In this document: positions 26,690 to 40,655 of the stretch, one piece after another
Position numbering within the stretch: position 1 is the first letter of the stretch
Layout of the letters: each line of letters begins with the position of its first letter
Source: Azolla caroliniana
Taxonomy: Eukaryota > Plantae > Polypodiophyta
Assembly (NCBI GenBank): GCA_043228905.1
Contig: JBHGNT010000021.1
Span: forward strand, 434,001-498,000
Length of the DNA: 64,000 nt
Direction: 5' to 3'
Notes under the pieces: generated by a model
The model's input: only the letters and a program-made list of their open reading frames with translations
Told to the model about the DNA's origin: nothing
The model's database searches: none
Position numbers and translations under genes: made by a program

Positions 26690-29600
26690 TCAGCTGAAGC
26701 TTGGCTTCCTCTTCAAAGCTGAAAAGAAGCCACCTTTTTTCTTCTCCTTTTCTTCTTCCGCGATGGTGACCTACAAATTAACTGCTTCATGATCAGGGAA
26801 GTGCTTTTTTTCATTCCAGGTTTTTAGAAGCCATTGCAATGAATGAAAACGAAATAGGATCATATAATAAGACCTCTTTCAGAAAATCCCGAAGAAGGCT
26901 TGTGATTTCCGAAAACTCAGGACGTTCAGCAGGATTCTGTTTCCAACAATGGAGAAGTAGATCAGCGAGTTTCGGATGGACATTCTTGGGGATGGTTGGG
27001 CGTAATCCCTGCACAACTTTATAGAATTAATCATTCAAAAGTGGCATACAAATCGCTCTATCTGATGTGAGTGGTGTAAATAGTAAGGATGTGTCTGATT
27101 TAGCAAACAAGTTCTTATGCTGTCTGTTAATGGGGTGGCATCTATTGTCATCTGTGACAACAGAGGATAGGAGGCAGTGTTCAAACACCCCACCTGTGGT
27201 TTAAGGCAAGCTTTGAGTAGGAAAACATTAACTTCATCAATACAACAAAAAAATGTGCCATTTTCCTACTCGTCGAACCTTTTGTACCACTCCGACAGCC
27301 GCTTGCAATGGCGTTAAGTGGTCATAGGGTAACTGCAATACAAAACAAAGGATTACACTACTCAGGAGTGCTATGCAGTGGGTGAGTATTACATATATGC
27401 ATACATAAAGTCAACACCACAACACCTTGCCAGTCAACAACTCCCACATGACTATTCCGAAACTGAATACATCAGCTTTATGATCATAAGGTTGGTGCTC
27501 AATAACCTGTTGAATATGACACAGTCATTTATCAGGAAAGAAATAATCAGAAAGCATATTATTAACATATAGCCTATACTAATACTTAGATGTATATATT
27601 TTTGGGAAGAGGACACATCAAACAAAGGCGTGGCAGAATGGCAGGGATAGAAAGATGGCCATCTTCAGTGACTAGAAAATATTGTTTGAAATTTGATGTG
27701 GGCTTCTGAAGAGTGAAAAATTCTCTGGGTGTTTTTTATCTACAGGAAAAATATTAACTAAATGAGAAATCCTACAGTATCCCAGACTCTAGGTGCATAC
27801 CTAGCAGCACATGCTTACCTCAGGAGCCATCCATCTATAAGTGCCAGTCTCTGCTGTCATCACACCACTTTGCGATTGGACACGGGCTACTCCAAAATCT
27901 GCAACCTTAATAACCTGGATATATCGTAATCAATTACGTTCTTAGACTTTCATTTATTGCAAATATTATCTAACAAAAATTACACAATCTCAAAATATAG
28001 ATTGATGTGTTACTTGAATTACCTCATGCTCATCAATTAAAAGATTTGCTGCCTTGAGATCTCTATGGATGATATTACATTGATGCAGAAAATCCATCCC
28101 TTTTGAAATATCAATTGCTACCTTAAGCAGATTTGGTAGCTTGAATGAACCATGTTTCTTATGCAAATGGTCATAAACACTCCCTCCTGACATGAATTCT
28201 ATTTTTTGATTCAATGAAACATCATGAGAATCTTTCAAGTAACAAAGTACAAACACAATTGAGTCAGCAGAAACCAATCCAAATATTATCACCTGTAACA
28301 ATACATAAATTGGGAGGTCGGGTGCATGCACCAATGAACTGTACAACATTCTTGTGACGAACTTTCCTGAAAGATTAAAAACAAAACATAAATGGTGTCT
28401 ACAGTCTGATAAAAGATTTTTCTCATACAATCATGCACGTGAAGCCTAAACTTGAGGATCAGATAGTAAAAACTTCAGCTTTAGATTAAGAAAATTGAAC
28501 CCATGTACTCCAAATATCACATTACTTCAGAACTTAACTAGTGGTTTACCCAAATGTTGTTGTGCAAGAAGGAAACTCATTGGACTATTTCAAATGAATT
28601 ATCACTGTGGAAAGATTCTTATCCTAGTGCTTTAAGACAGGCCAAATAATAATTTATTAAGATTGTTTTCTAATAGCACCTCATGATAGAGACTTCCTGA
28701 GCAAATTCCTTCTGCAGATCTTTGTTTAAACGCTCCGGTTTCAAGACTTTAATGGCCACATCTTGTCCACAGTATGTACCCCTAAACCTGCATTGAATTT
28801 GCAAAATATCCATTTTCAATGTTCAAATAAAGTCTTAAATGTAAGGAAGAGTTAGTACTCACAGATCTCCGAATGATCCACTTGCCACTTTATTGCCATA
28901 TCTAAGTAGGTTAGGATCAATCTCCCAGTCATCAGTGCCGTCAGATGGGATGCTCAAAAACTCATCTGCTGCCCTTTTAGCATCTGGCATTGCCTCATCA
29001 CTAGAATCTTTTGTCCAAATTTTCTTCTGTTGACAATAGAAATAAACAACTAGAATGCTTGCCATTGATCAAAATTTTATATTACTACCCAAACTGGGAT
29101 ATGTCAGCCTTTTTAAAAGTGCACATCAGCATGTACATCTGCCTAGTCACCATCACTACCATGTTATTTGAATTTTGGATCTACCCTTGAATTGTGGAAG
29201 GACACATTTATGAAAAAAGGAATGATGCTGAATAATTTATTACCCTCTGGCAAACTCATGGGGAACCTTATATGTACATGATCATGAATGAACCTTAGCA
29301 GCCAAATTATTTTATTATAAACGAAGATATATTAAAACTAAAATCTACACAATCCCATTTCAGCTACATGATAAGAATATAAAAGGCTGCTCATCAATGC
29401 ACATACCTCTGAATCAGCTATTGTATTCCACAATTGGTGTTGTAATTCTTCTGTGTCCTATATAAAATACATTCATTGCTGACATTTCACACCCAAAGAA
29501 AAAATAATAGAAAATGGCAATTACTATATGAGACTTGGTAATGCATTTGGTAATGAATCCTGTACCTCAGTTGGCCAACCATCTACTAGAAAAACATCTA

Positions 29601-32600
29601 AAGAATATCCATCATCTGTTGAGAATACATGAGCTTCACGAATGTTGAGTCCAACTTCTGCAAGCACAGATGATAACTGCGCATGCAACGCAGCTGTGAC
29701 TATAATCACAGATAGTATGGCATGATAATTTTATTGCAGAAATTCTTGCTCTCAACCTTCTTTACAACATTGATTTTACCTCACTAAGAAGCTTTGGTTT
29801 ATCCATTGTCGAAAAGGTAACTTCATGCATGGGTACATGATATCTTAATAATCCAACAAAAAAAGGTTTCTTTTAATACAAAGGGCATCAAGATGAAGAA
29901 TGATGGACACATATACATGCAAGCCCAGATATGCTGACACTTCTCGTAAAGATTACATAACATAGGTGCATCTTACTTGGGTGAAGAATGAAGACCATTA
30001 GCAATGCTAGATCTATCATTATCGATTCCTGAGGGCTTGATCATCTCTACTGCCAATGCTTCTAAACTTGCGAAAGTGCCGAATGAAGGAGGACCAGGCA
30101 TACTGACACAAGAAGATTTAAGTTTATCAATACATTGAATCAGAAAGATAAAATTTCCTTCAATATTGCAATACCTTGGCTTGGCAATGCCCCCAATATC
30201 TTCTTTCCCCGATGAATTCTCTAAAACATTTACTTCTGAAGCATCCAGTCCAGTGGGCACAACCTATACTCAACACACTCATAGAGTAAATTCAGCAAGA
30301 TGCAGACTAGAGTCAAAATAAAGTAAATATACACAAACTGTTGCATTTATTTTTAAGGATATACTGCGATAATTTATTCAGCCCATACTTCAATTATTTT
30401 CTAGGTCATTAATTTATATGCTAATTAAGAATCTAGAGATGATTATGGAAATTTAAAATCCCTACTATAAGTCGTGCAAAAATAGGACGAGAAAATTAAG
30501 ATCCTTAATTAAATACAGGTTCATAACACCATTTTGAACATGTCCAATGGAGAAAAAGGGGAAATGCTTACATGGATAGATCTAACATGGACAATGGGGG
30601 GGGCAGTTTTATTAGTTCTTGCCAATTCCAGTAATCTCTTGTGCCCCAAAACATCTTCAGCTCTCTCAGGATTGACATCCATAGCGTACCTGCAATGAAA
30701 GTCCTTGGTCTCCGTTTCTTGTAGAAAGATATTGTATTGTTCTAATATATACAAAACGCGCACATGATCTTAGCTCTCTCTCACACACTATATTGTTGCT
30801 TTGTGGACTTCAAATAAGCATTTGATACTGTATCATGGAGTGGGCTTTCGAAAAGAATGATGGAGATCAGAGAGCCAATAGAATATAAAACAGCTGTAGC
30901 ATGATTTTATGAGCATGTCAGGTGCAATTGAAAATGAATAGTGGTTTCTTGAAGTACTTTTTGAGCAACATGGGGGTCAAGCAATGGAGTCCACTCTCTC
31001 CCACACTCTTTGGTCTATGTATCGATAAACTTGAAGAAATAGTAAACAAGGCTGCAAAAGAAGAAGGATTGGATGGCGCAAAACTCATGCATGAGCTTGT
31101 TTTTCTACTCCTATATTCCAACAATGTTGTTTTATTCTCCTATAACATTTTATCAAATCAGTGGACTAAATGTTAATATGGACAAAACAAAAATGATGGC
31201 AATCAAGGCAATACAAAAGTGTCCAGGATAATTCATCAATTCCAGGAAATACAACACCCAAGAAAAGGCAATAAAGTCATAGCTATATATACAGGACAAT
31301 TCCAGGGAATACAACACCCAAGAAAACAGATCCATCAATAAAAAACTGGCCTGACATAGCACAAGAATGTACTGACAACATAAGGCTGTGCTATTGATAA
31401 AAATTGATGTTCTGTAGACAGTGGGCATATATGCAGGGGTAGCATATCATCAACGGGATTAGGAACATTGTTAGATTTCCTTAAACAATCATGGCTCCAG
31501 TCTCTGAAGACTCCTTGTCTGGCCGTATTCATAGAAGTTTTGGGTGCCATCATCAGCACTAACAGGTTGAAACACACTCTAATACACTGGCAGTAAAGTA
31601 CACTCTCATAGTGAACTTTACCATGATAACAATAGAGGTAACCCCAGTCTCTGCACATAGCATCTTTTGCTCAAGCTTGTACAATAGGTTATATAAGCAG
31701 AGGACCCATGATAAAGACAGACAATGACATGCTGACTAGCACAGATAATGACAATGGCACTGGAACACCATCAACATTAACAAGATGATAAACACCCTAA
31801 CGAACGGGCAGTAAAGTGCACTATCATATTATGAACTTTACCAAGATAACGAAGGAGGTAACCCCAGTTTCTCCACATAACATCCTTTGCTCAAGCTTGT
31901 AGCATGGGTTATATAGGCAGATGATCCAGAAAATAAAGACAGACAATGACATGTTGAGATTCTTCCAAAGATTACAGAGTACGCTATTTTAGTAAATACT
32001 TGGAATGGAAGTATGTGAACCCAAGCTACTAAATTCTGTAAGACTTGGTGTATAAACATTTTTCATATATAGGTTGCTTCACTTTGACAGAGTCCGTCTA
32101 TGTAATTAATGATAGGATTGACCAAAGCGAAGTCCAGGTTATTACCAAAAGTCTATCTCTTGTTCCAAAGGTGAAGGTTGGATGAGCTTGATCATAAATA
32201 TGGATGTTTAATTGCTACCAGCCTTAGAAACATTATCAAGCAGTGGATCTCCTAACAAAGAGAATAACATAATTTAACATAAAATTAAAGAAATTAAATA
32301 AGCGCACTAATAACCCTCTGACCTAACCAATTCCCTAAGCTAAGATCAGCCAGTAACCTAGGTGACTTTTGCACATCCCGTAGAGACCCATGTTGAAGAC
32401 TAGTGCATCAAGAAACATCCATACCACTGCAACCGTAAGAGGGTTGATCCAATCACATAACAGGGAGAAAAAGATGTGCAGAAGGGTAACTGGCCCTCTA
32501 CATGATATTAAACACCCAAGTATGTGCATGGAATATGTCAATGTCCAGCACTATAGCTATCCAGACAGGATATCGACAAAAGGCCAATTGCCCTATCTGT

Positions 32601-33794
32601 AACCTAAATTCAACTACACAATAGAAAAGTTTTCGAACAAACATGGCCTGGGAAAATCTCCAAAAGTTCCACAGTCACAGAAGGTTATCATATAAAGGGG
32701 ATACTTACATACTCAATAAGAAAGGGCATATGTAATTATCATAAAAAGGGGTGTTAATTTAGAACTTGAATACATGTGATATACAGATTTTAAGTATAGT
32801 TACCCCATGCAAATCAAGTAAAGACACCAACTTGAATGGTTAAACCTGCTGTAGAATATCATCTAAAAATGTGTAGACACTATCAACCTTAATCCATATA
32901 GCATAGCAAATGTTACAAGTAAATTTTTTGATAGTATCTCAAAGACAGATGTGGACATATCAGTTGAAATGAATATGAACTCATACAAAATAAATAAATA
33001 ACAAACATAACTTCAATGATTTAGTTTGCGTTACAATTATAATATGAAAATAGCACATGGTCATATTTATGATCTCATTCAAATAAAATTTAGGAAAGGC
33101 TCAATGGAATGTTTAATCCTAAACCATATTATCCTAAAGCATGAATTCATTTCAATCTGATAGAGCAAAAATTAATTGAAATGCTAAACCACACAGGTAG
33201 ATATAGAGCAAAAATTAATTAATTAACCAGAAATGAGTAGAAACTTGGGCAAATCAGATAAAAATAATATAAAATGAATGCATGAAAAATATCATATGAT
33301 CATATTCTGACGAAATGTTTAACCCCTAACCCCTGACTCACATACCTTACCACATGTTCATACATGTGACCAAATCATTTGTTCCCATCAAATGACCAGA
33401 ATTCATGCACATCTAAGTAAGACGAAAATTAACCACGAAACGTTTGAAACTCAAAACACCTAATATCATTTTGGTCATATAAAATGAACTGAACTCGTGC
33501 AAACATGAGAAAGACATAAATAAACTGAAATGTGCAAATAATCCTCAACCCTATGAACCCTACTAGGCCGTACCTGACAGGTAGATGCTGGAAATGGGCA
33601 TGGAGGCCTTCTACGAACCCGGGACTATCCACAGCTTCATGTCCAGATTCTCGGAGCCTTTCAATAATCTCATTGCATACGTCCTTCTTTTGGCGGATCT
33701 GCTTTTCAGTCGTATTCCCGAAGCTCGTTCGAGAAAAGCCCACTGTTTCTTCTTTGCTTTTAGTATGATTATGATTACGAAATTCTGCTTCCAT
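26690..33794 (-). CDS. ACT-domain Raf-like Ser/Thr/Tyr kinase (STY8/STY17/STY46-like), 16 exons, about 582 aa
   Basis: Exons: 33794-33574, 30689-30572, 30263-30175, 30102-29977, 29843-29780, 29676-29566, 29457-29407, 29026-28863, 28787-28680, 28366-28293, 28198-28023, 27914-27819, 27506-27426, 27332-27279, 27008-26874, 26770-26690. All GT-AG, 1,749 nt in frame. ACT motifs [14 protein letters not shown] and [20 protein letters not shown]; kinase motifs [24 protein letters not shown]. Confidence 0.93.
30785..31230 (+). mobile_element. LINE reverse-transcriptase fragment in kinase intron 1
   Basis: [28 protein letters not shown] and LLYSNNVVL, which are degenerate RT motifs (D...AFD, QG.PLSP.LF, YADD). 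Confidence 0.8.
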
Positions 33795-34387
33795 AGAAAA
33801 AACCTAATTTTTTTATTATTATTATTACAAAAGACTGAGGGCAAAAGTAGAAACTTAAGAAAGGGAAGGGAGTGGGTAGTTTGGAATTAGGGACAGACTC
33901 AGGCGCGGGAAAGCTGAAACCCTGAAATTCTGTGAGAAATGAGAGAAGAAAACCAAGGTTTATCGAGAGCTTTGGGATGAAACCCAAATGAGAGGGAGAT
34001 TTGTCTGTGCAACCATGAGATTAGGGCAGGAACAGAGGAGATATTTGTTGTTGCAGGGGATGTGGGCCTTGAGCCAACAAACCTCTAATAATTGGAAAAG
34101 AGAAATATTATTATATTTTGGTGGTGTAGTGAGACGAGAAGTCAATAGGCAAGTGGATCAAGATCCTAGGAATCGCCACTCAGTTTGATTGACCCGCGGA
34201 AGATCCATCCAGGCATATGATCCTCGTTACTATTAATCACACCTATGTCAATGAATCGATCTATCGGGTCGACGATTCTCGCCTCTATCCTGAATGACTT
34301 ACTGGATGCTAAATGATGCTTGTCATTATCTCATAATGGGGATGAATGGTTAGATCAGCAATAGAGAATCCTTGTTGTTATCGCATT

Positions 34388-34392
<5 letters not shown>

Positions 34393-34421
<29 letters not shown>
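34393..34421. repeat. (GA)n microsatellite
   Basis: Direct dinucleotide run. Confidence 0.95.
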
Positions 34422-34423
<2 letters not shown>

Positions 34424-36627
34424 TTGGTCGGTCAATTGATTGGCAATGGAGGATCGTTGTCTTGATTCCTTAAACGAGATTGAGGGAGTTTGATTAGCAT
34501 TTGAGGATGCTTGTAGCTATCTCAAAAAACAAATCTTCGTTGGTCGATGATTAGTGATCATTGTTAGTATCTTATAAACAAGGGAATTGAGTTGCTTGAC
34601 ATGATTAGTGATCATTGTCACTATCGCATAGCAAGGAGGATTATTTGATCAATTAACTTTTGGTGGAGGATCCTTGTCACTCTTGGCAAGTGATTTTATC
34701 AACTAATCAATAGTGGAGAATCCTTTCATATGATCTCCTAGACAAAGTAAACTGCCATTGATTGATGATGTAGTATCTTCATCACTAAGGCATCTTATGA
34801 GTTTGAGAAAAAATAATTAAGAATATACTATTGAAAGTAATATCATCATAAGGAATCAAGGGTGAAAGTGTTTGAGCATGTAAGAAGGTCCAATATGAAA
34901 TGCACAAGACATGCATACCTCTTATATGTTACATATATAATCTCTACTAGCAAAGTTTTACTTCAACTAAATCTTGACATTCAATGCCTCCTATATTCCA
35001 TAATGATTGCCAACATGCTAGAGTTGCTATTGTTGTTTCACAAAATCTTCTATCCACCTAGGATTTAGCCTTTGAGATGCTCTTGGTCTAGGTTAAATAC
35101 CTTACCCTTTCGTAATCAAAGGTTGATTCTTTTAGCTCATCATTTCTTGTCTAAGGTTGAGTCCATATTCATGAAATTAGCTTCTCATAAACCCTTTTGC
35201 CTCCAACACATCAAAATTAGACACAAATAAGTTAATCCTTTTCTTCAAAGCTTTTGTGGACCGAATTCTTGTTTTGATATCTTGATGAATAAATATGCCT
35301 TAAAGGTAATGGTAGTTTTTTATAAAATTGTATTTTTCTACAAAAGTCATGGCTAAGTAATTGTAGAGTTTTTCAACTAGAAATGCAAGTACTATGGATA
35401 TAAATTATAATAATGGACATATTTGAAGCCACAGCTGTAACATTGTGAAGCGTACTTTTTTATTTTTGCACTTTCTTGTTGAAATATTTAATTTATGAGA
35501 AGATTTTCACACGGAAGTAACTTACAAAGTGGACATGAAGATCTAATCTTTAGCATCATGATTCTTATATTGCTTCTAATCTCTTTTGGAGGGTGTACTT
35601 TGAAATCCTCCTTTATAAAGTATCTCCTCCTCTACTTGTTCTTTTATCGATATGAAAGTTTTAATTGCTTCAAATGTTTGTGTTACATTCAAAAACCCAA
35701 GACATCAAATCTTAATCCAATCCAAGTCATTGACTATTAAAGCTGACATTGTTCCATACTTTCATTTGTTACCAACTTTTCTACAAAATATCATGGAACC
35801 TATCATCTTATATAATTGAAGAAACAAAATATTATCGATTATGCTTTGCATCTTAATATAATCCAATCCCATCACCTATTAAAAGTTTACATCATACCAT
35901 ATTCCCATTTGTTACTAATTCTTCTAGAAACACCATTGGATCTATGAAATCATAATTGAAGGAACAAATGTTATTGATTTTGCTTCCTTGAAATTGGAGC
36001 ACAATTAAGATGATTTCAAACATTTTGCTAAATGGCATTGAGAGATTTGTGGTTAGGTATGGGTATAAGAACAAATTATGGCACACATCATATTGGGACT
36101 AGATCATATAGGGGTATACAAAAATGTATGTCTGTCATCTAATCTCTACTCTTGTAAGGATGATTTTTGGTTTACCATATCCTGCTGGCAAGTGTATGAG
36201 TCATCCTCTTTTTGTTAATTGACAATGCTCACAAGGAAGCTCAATGCTTGGTTATGAGAACAAAGCTTTTTTCACACCAAGTTATTGCTTCTGTCTCTGA
36301 AGTAGAAGTGATGGGTTCAATTCTTCATTGCATCCTATACTTCCTATGAAGTCGATAAAGCAGATTCTCCTCGTGGGTTTTCTTTTTCATGAAATGATTT
36401 ATAGGAAACTGGAACAGATATCATGCAAAAAGAGACATTTTCAAATGATTGATGTGATAAAGGCTGGAAATGACATCTGCATATACATGAATGGATTACC
36501 TGAGACAAAGAAAATAAGCCAAATGAATTTGTAGTGCAAGAAGAAAGTCATGGTGAATTAAACATTTTACTCAGAACTACATTATGAATGCCCAACATAT
36601 GCCACATGTACCAATGCAAAATATTTT

Positions 36628-36727
36628 NNNNNNNNNNNNNNNNNNNNNNNNNNNNNNNNNNNNNNNNNNNNNNNNNNNNNNNNNNNNNNNNNNNNNNNNN
36701 NNNNNNNNNNNNNNNNNNNNNNNNNNN
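36628..36727. other. Assembly gap, 100 N (unsized scaffold join)
   Basis: Exactly 100 N. Confidence 0.99.
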
Positions 36728-36799
36728 AGCCAGATGACTATTTACGAAAAGGGTAGCAACGAGCTCATGTCACACTATCACCACTTTTGTTTTTCCCTG

Positions 36800-38340
36800 T
36801 TTACAATTAGTCCACTCCTAGTAGACTTTGCATGGCAATAACATCATATGTAAATATAACCATTTCATTTGCATATAAAAGCAATAACATAACTAGTTGC
36901 ATAAGTTTTGGGGCATCTAATCCTTCTTCTTTTTTAATGTTCCCATTATCAATCCCTAAAGCAAAGAGTGTAAGTGGTGGTACATATCCTTCCTTAACCC
37001 CCACATTACTAAATATTCTAAGATCCATTGTCAGTTTTAGTTAGCAATAGCAACTTGAAACTCTGATGGCATGTCCATTTCCACCATTTAATTCCATATC
37101 TCACTTTGTGATATTGTATCACAAGCTCTTTTTCAAATCAATAAAATAGCAACAAGATGTTTTTTCATTGTAGTCAACTTTCGTCCATAGCTACTCTAAA
37201 ATTAACCAAATGATTCATAAGAGAATCTTCTTGTCTAAAACCTGCTTGCCCAATTGCTCCTTTGTTTCTACTATCAGCCAATGCACTTATCTTCTGCTCC
37301 ATGATAGTACTATACAATTTAGCCATAGTTGAGCTCAGCATGATTATGCCATAATGTGAAACTTGATTCATATCTCTTACTTTGATATTGACTTCTTCTT
37401 CTTTTTCTTGAGCCTGAGCCAATCATTCGACAAACCTTGTTTAATAGCTTGATCTATAATGATCATTATCAATGACAAGTATGTGGCCTTGTCCCTTTTA
37501 AGAGCTCACTTGTAATAAGAGTTACATATGCAACTCTTCCATTAGCTATCTTTTTGTTCCCTTATTGACATCTCTTATATCAATGCACATACTACAATGT
37601 GTTTCAATGTTCTCAACGGTAAGAGATCACATCCCTTCATTTATGCACAATTTACCACACTTCCTCCACCTCAAGCCAGTACCATGCAAGAAATTTGTGA
37701 AAGGTAAATCATTTATAACATTTAAGACAATCAAGTTCGTGTCATCAACCATACGAATAAGAATCGTTTCATAATTTACACTTCTTTGAGTCACGAAATG
37801 GACAAGTATCCATTACATTGTCTTCTAATGACTCCATATTTTGTTTTTTTTTCCAAAACTCGCATTAAAATCTCCTATAATCAACACTCGACAAAGCTTC
37901 TTAAGATAAGTATATCTTGAACTAAGTCTATGAAATGATCATATTATTCCAACCCAAATCTACTATACTGGTTTGACTCTTTATGACTGATTTTACAAAC
38001 AACTATATAGAGCTCCTCTTTCCCTAAATTAACCTTTGTCCACAAGTATCGATTCTAATCATCGCATTTACATAGTTTTATAAAATTATCTAAGCTCTCA
38101 TTATACATACATGCTACCCTTGTACGTTCAATATTCCCTTTGGAGTTAGGGCATATCGCTTTTATAAGGTGACCATCTATTTTATGTATGTCTTTTTCCT
38201 TATGCTTCTAAGTTTCAACCAAAAACATAACCATGCACTGAGCTGCATCACTTTGTCCCAATCCATTATGCCATAGATATCATCTAGAGGTCCAAAACAT
38301 GCTTCCCATACTTGAGGTATGTGTAGTCCCATATATCATC
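36800..38340 (-). mobile_element. Decayed LINE (endonuclease to RT), same family as 30785..31230
   Basis: IMLSSTMAKLYSTIME...QAGFR, VGVKEG..PLTLFALGID, EEGLDAPKLM..LLLYAN. Confidence 0.8.
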
Positions 38341-38499
38341 ACATGTTATTCATTTTGAATTCCTTTCTTAAGCCCATATGCTTGCCTTCTATGTTACTTA
38401 CTCTCTTTTGAAGTTTGATCGGATCTTTCGATACAAACAAGAAAGTAGCAAACAAGCATATGCACCTACAAAGGAATTCAAAATGTGTACCAAGGGATG

Positions 38500-40655
38500 A
38501 TGCATTGCACTGCACTACAAGTGCCTCAAGTTTGAAAATCATGTTTTGGACTACTAGACAATATCCAAAGTTAGGAACAAGTGATGTAGCTCAACATATT
38601 GATGTTGTAGTTTTGGTTGAAACTTATGAGCATGTGCCAAAATGTAGACCAAAGATAGTTGGTTACCTTATAAAATCAATATACGCTCACTCGAAAAGAG
38701 AATATAGGAAATTGAGAGATAGTATGAGAAGCTTTATATCACCATAAAGGTAGATTTGGGTTGGAATGCGAATGATCCATTCATAAACTTGAGTTGACAT
38801 ATACTTTTGTAAAGATATTGATTATGATCAATTTCAATGCTAAATTTAAAAAGTATCAAAATATGGAGACATTTGAAGAAAATATAATAAATACTTGATT
38901 ATTTCGTCACCCAAAGGTTTGTATTGCAAAGGATTCTCATATATATGCTTGATTGTACAAACTTGATTGTCTTAAGTAGCATAAATGATTTTCCTTTCAC
39001 AAATATACTCACATGTTTACTAGCTTGAGGTCAAGGAAATGTCCTAGATTGCGCATTAATGAAGGTATGTGATCTATCCTTGGCAAATGTGTTTATAAAA
39101 TTTGTTCTCTTTATTCTAACTCAAAACCAAAAGCCCTTGTAATTGTGCATTAACAATCTCACATTCCATCAAGAATGCAATGGAGTGAAAAAGAAGGTAA
39201 TCACAAAAAGTTAGGATGCATGCAAAGGATGTTGAGAAGCATTTGTCGAAGCTCTCCGGTTAACAATCTCACATTCCATTAACAAATGCAATGGAGTGGC
39301 AAAGGATAGTAATTACAAAAAAGTTAGGATATATACAAAGGATGTTGAGAATTATTTGCAAAGCTCTCAAACCTTAACAAACTCACATTTCCTGAACAAA
39401 TGCAATGGAATGAAAAAGGGGAGACATTACAAAAAGGTAGGATATATGCAATGGATGTTGAGAACCATATGTTAAAGATCTCTCTAAGAAACAAGCTTAG
39501 AGAAAAATGGCAACATTTGAAAGATGCCATCTTTAACATAGGATCTCAATACTTCCATATGCATATATCAAGTTTCCCATGTACTTCTTAGTTTGATGAG
39601 GAATGCAAGATGTATCTCAAATTATTTAAGTTGGCAAAAGAAGAAAATGAAAGGTCCATGGCATAGTACCAATTTAGAAACGTAGTGACGAGAAAAAAAG
39701 AAACAATATTTCCAAATGCAAGAAAATATTGTTTAAGCTCCAACCCAAACTACCATGGGAATTCCAAGGTAAGCAATATAGGTAAATTTAGAAATGAAGA
39801 GATGCTACAATATGGACAAAAGCTTTATATGCATGAGGAGTGGCTCCTATAGTTAAGAACATTAAAACACCGTGTAATATGCACATTGATATTAGACATC
39901 TCAATAAGAAAACAAAAAACGAAGAAGCTAATGGCAAAGTTGGCAAAAGAAGAAAATGAAAGGTCCATGGCATAGTACCAATTTAGAAACGTAGTGACAA
40001 GAAAAAAAGAAACAATATTTCCAAATTCAAGAAAATATTGTTTAAGCTCCAACCCAAACTACCATGGGAATTCCAAGGTAAGCAATATAGGTAAATTTAG
40101 AAATGAAGAGATGCTACAATATGGACAAAAGCTTTATATGCATGAGGAGTGGCTCCTATAGTTAAGAACATTAAAACACCGTGTAATATGCACATTGATA
40201 TTAGACATCTCAATAAGAAAACAAAAAACGAAGAAGCTAATGGCAAAGTTGCATATATAACTCTTATTACAAGTGAGCTCTTAAAATAGACAAGGCCACA
40301 TCATTGATAATGATTATTATAGATCAAGCTATTAAATAAGGTTTGCCTAATAATTGGTTTAGGCTCATTATTTGAACTAAGTCAATATTCAAGCAATAAG
40401 AATAAAGTATTAAACTAGCACAATCATGTTGAGCTCAACTATGGCTAAATTGTTTAGCACTATCATGGAGCAAAAGGTAAGTGGATGGGCTAAGAGTCAA
40501 AACAAAGGAGCAATTGGGCAAGCAAGTCATAGAAAAGAACACTTGCTTATGGATGATTTGGTTAATTAAAGATTAATTACACAAGAAAGTCAACCATAAA
40601 AGAAAGTAGACCTTGTGATATAGTACCACAAATTGAGCTTTGGAATAGAATGGTA
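38500..40655 (+). mobile_element. Decayed LINE, inverted homolog of 37080..38330
   Basis: 40246..40560 aligns to the reverse complement of about 37200..37535 and 38510..38635 to about 38200..38330. Confidence 0.78.
39628..40251. repeat. Near-perfect tandem duplication, 309-bp period
   Basis: Copies start at 39628 and 39937, with 2 mismatches seen and AAGTTG microhomology at the junctions. Confidence 0.93.
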
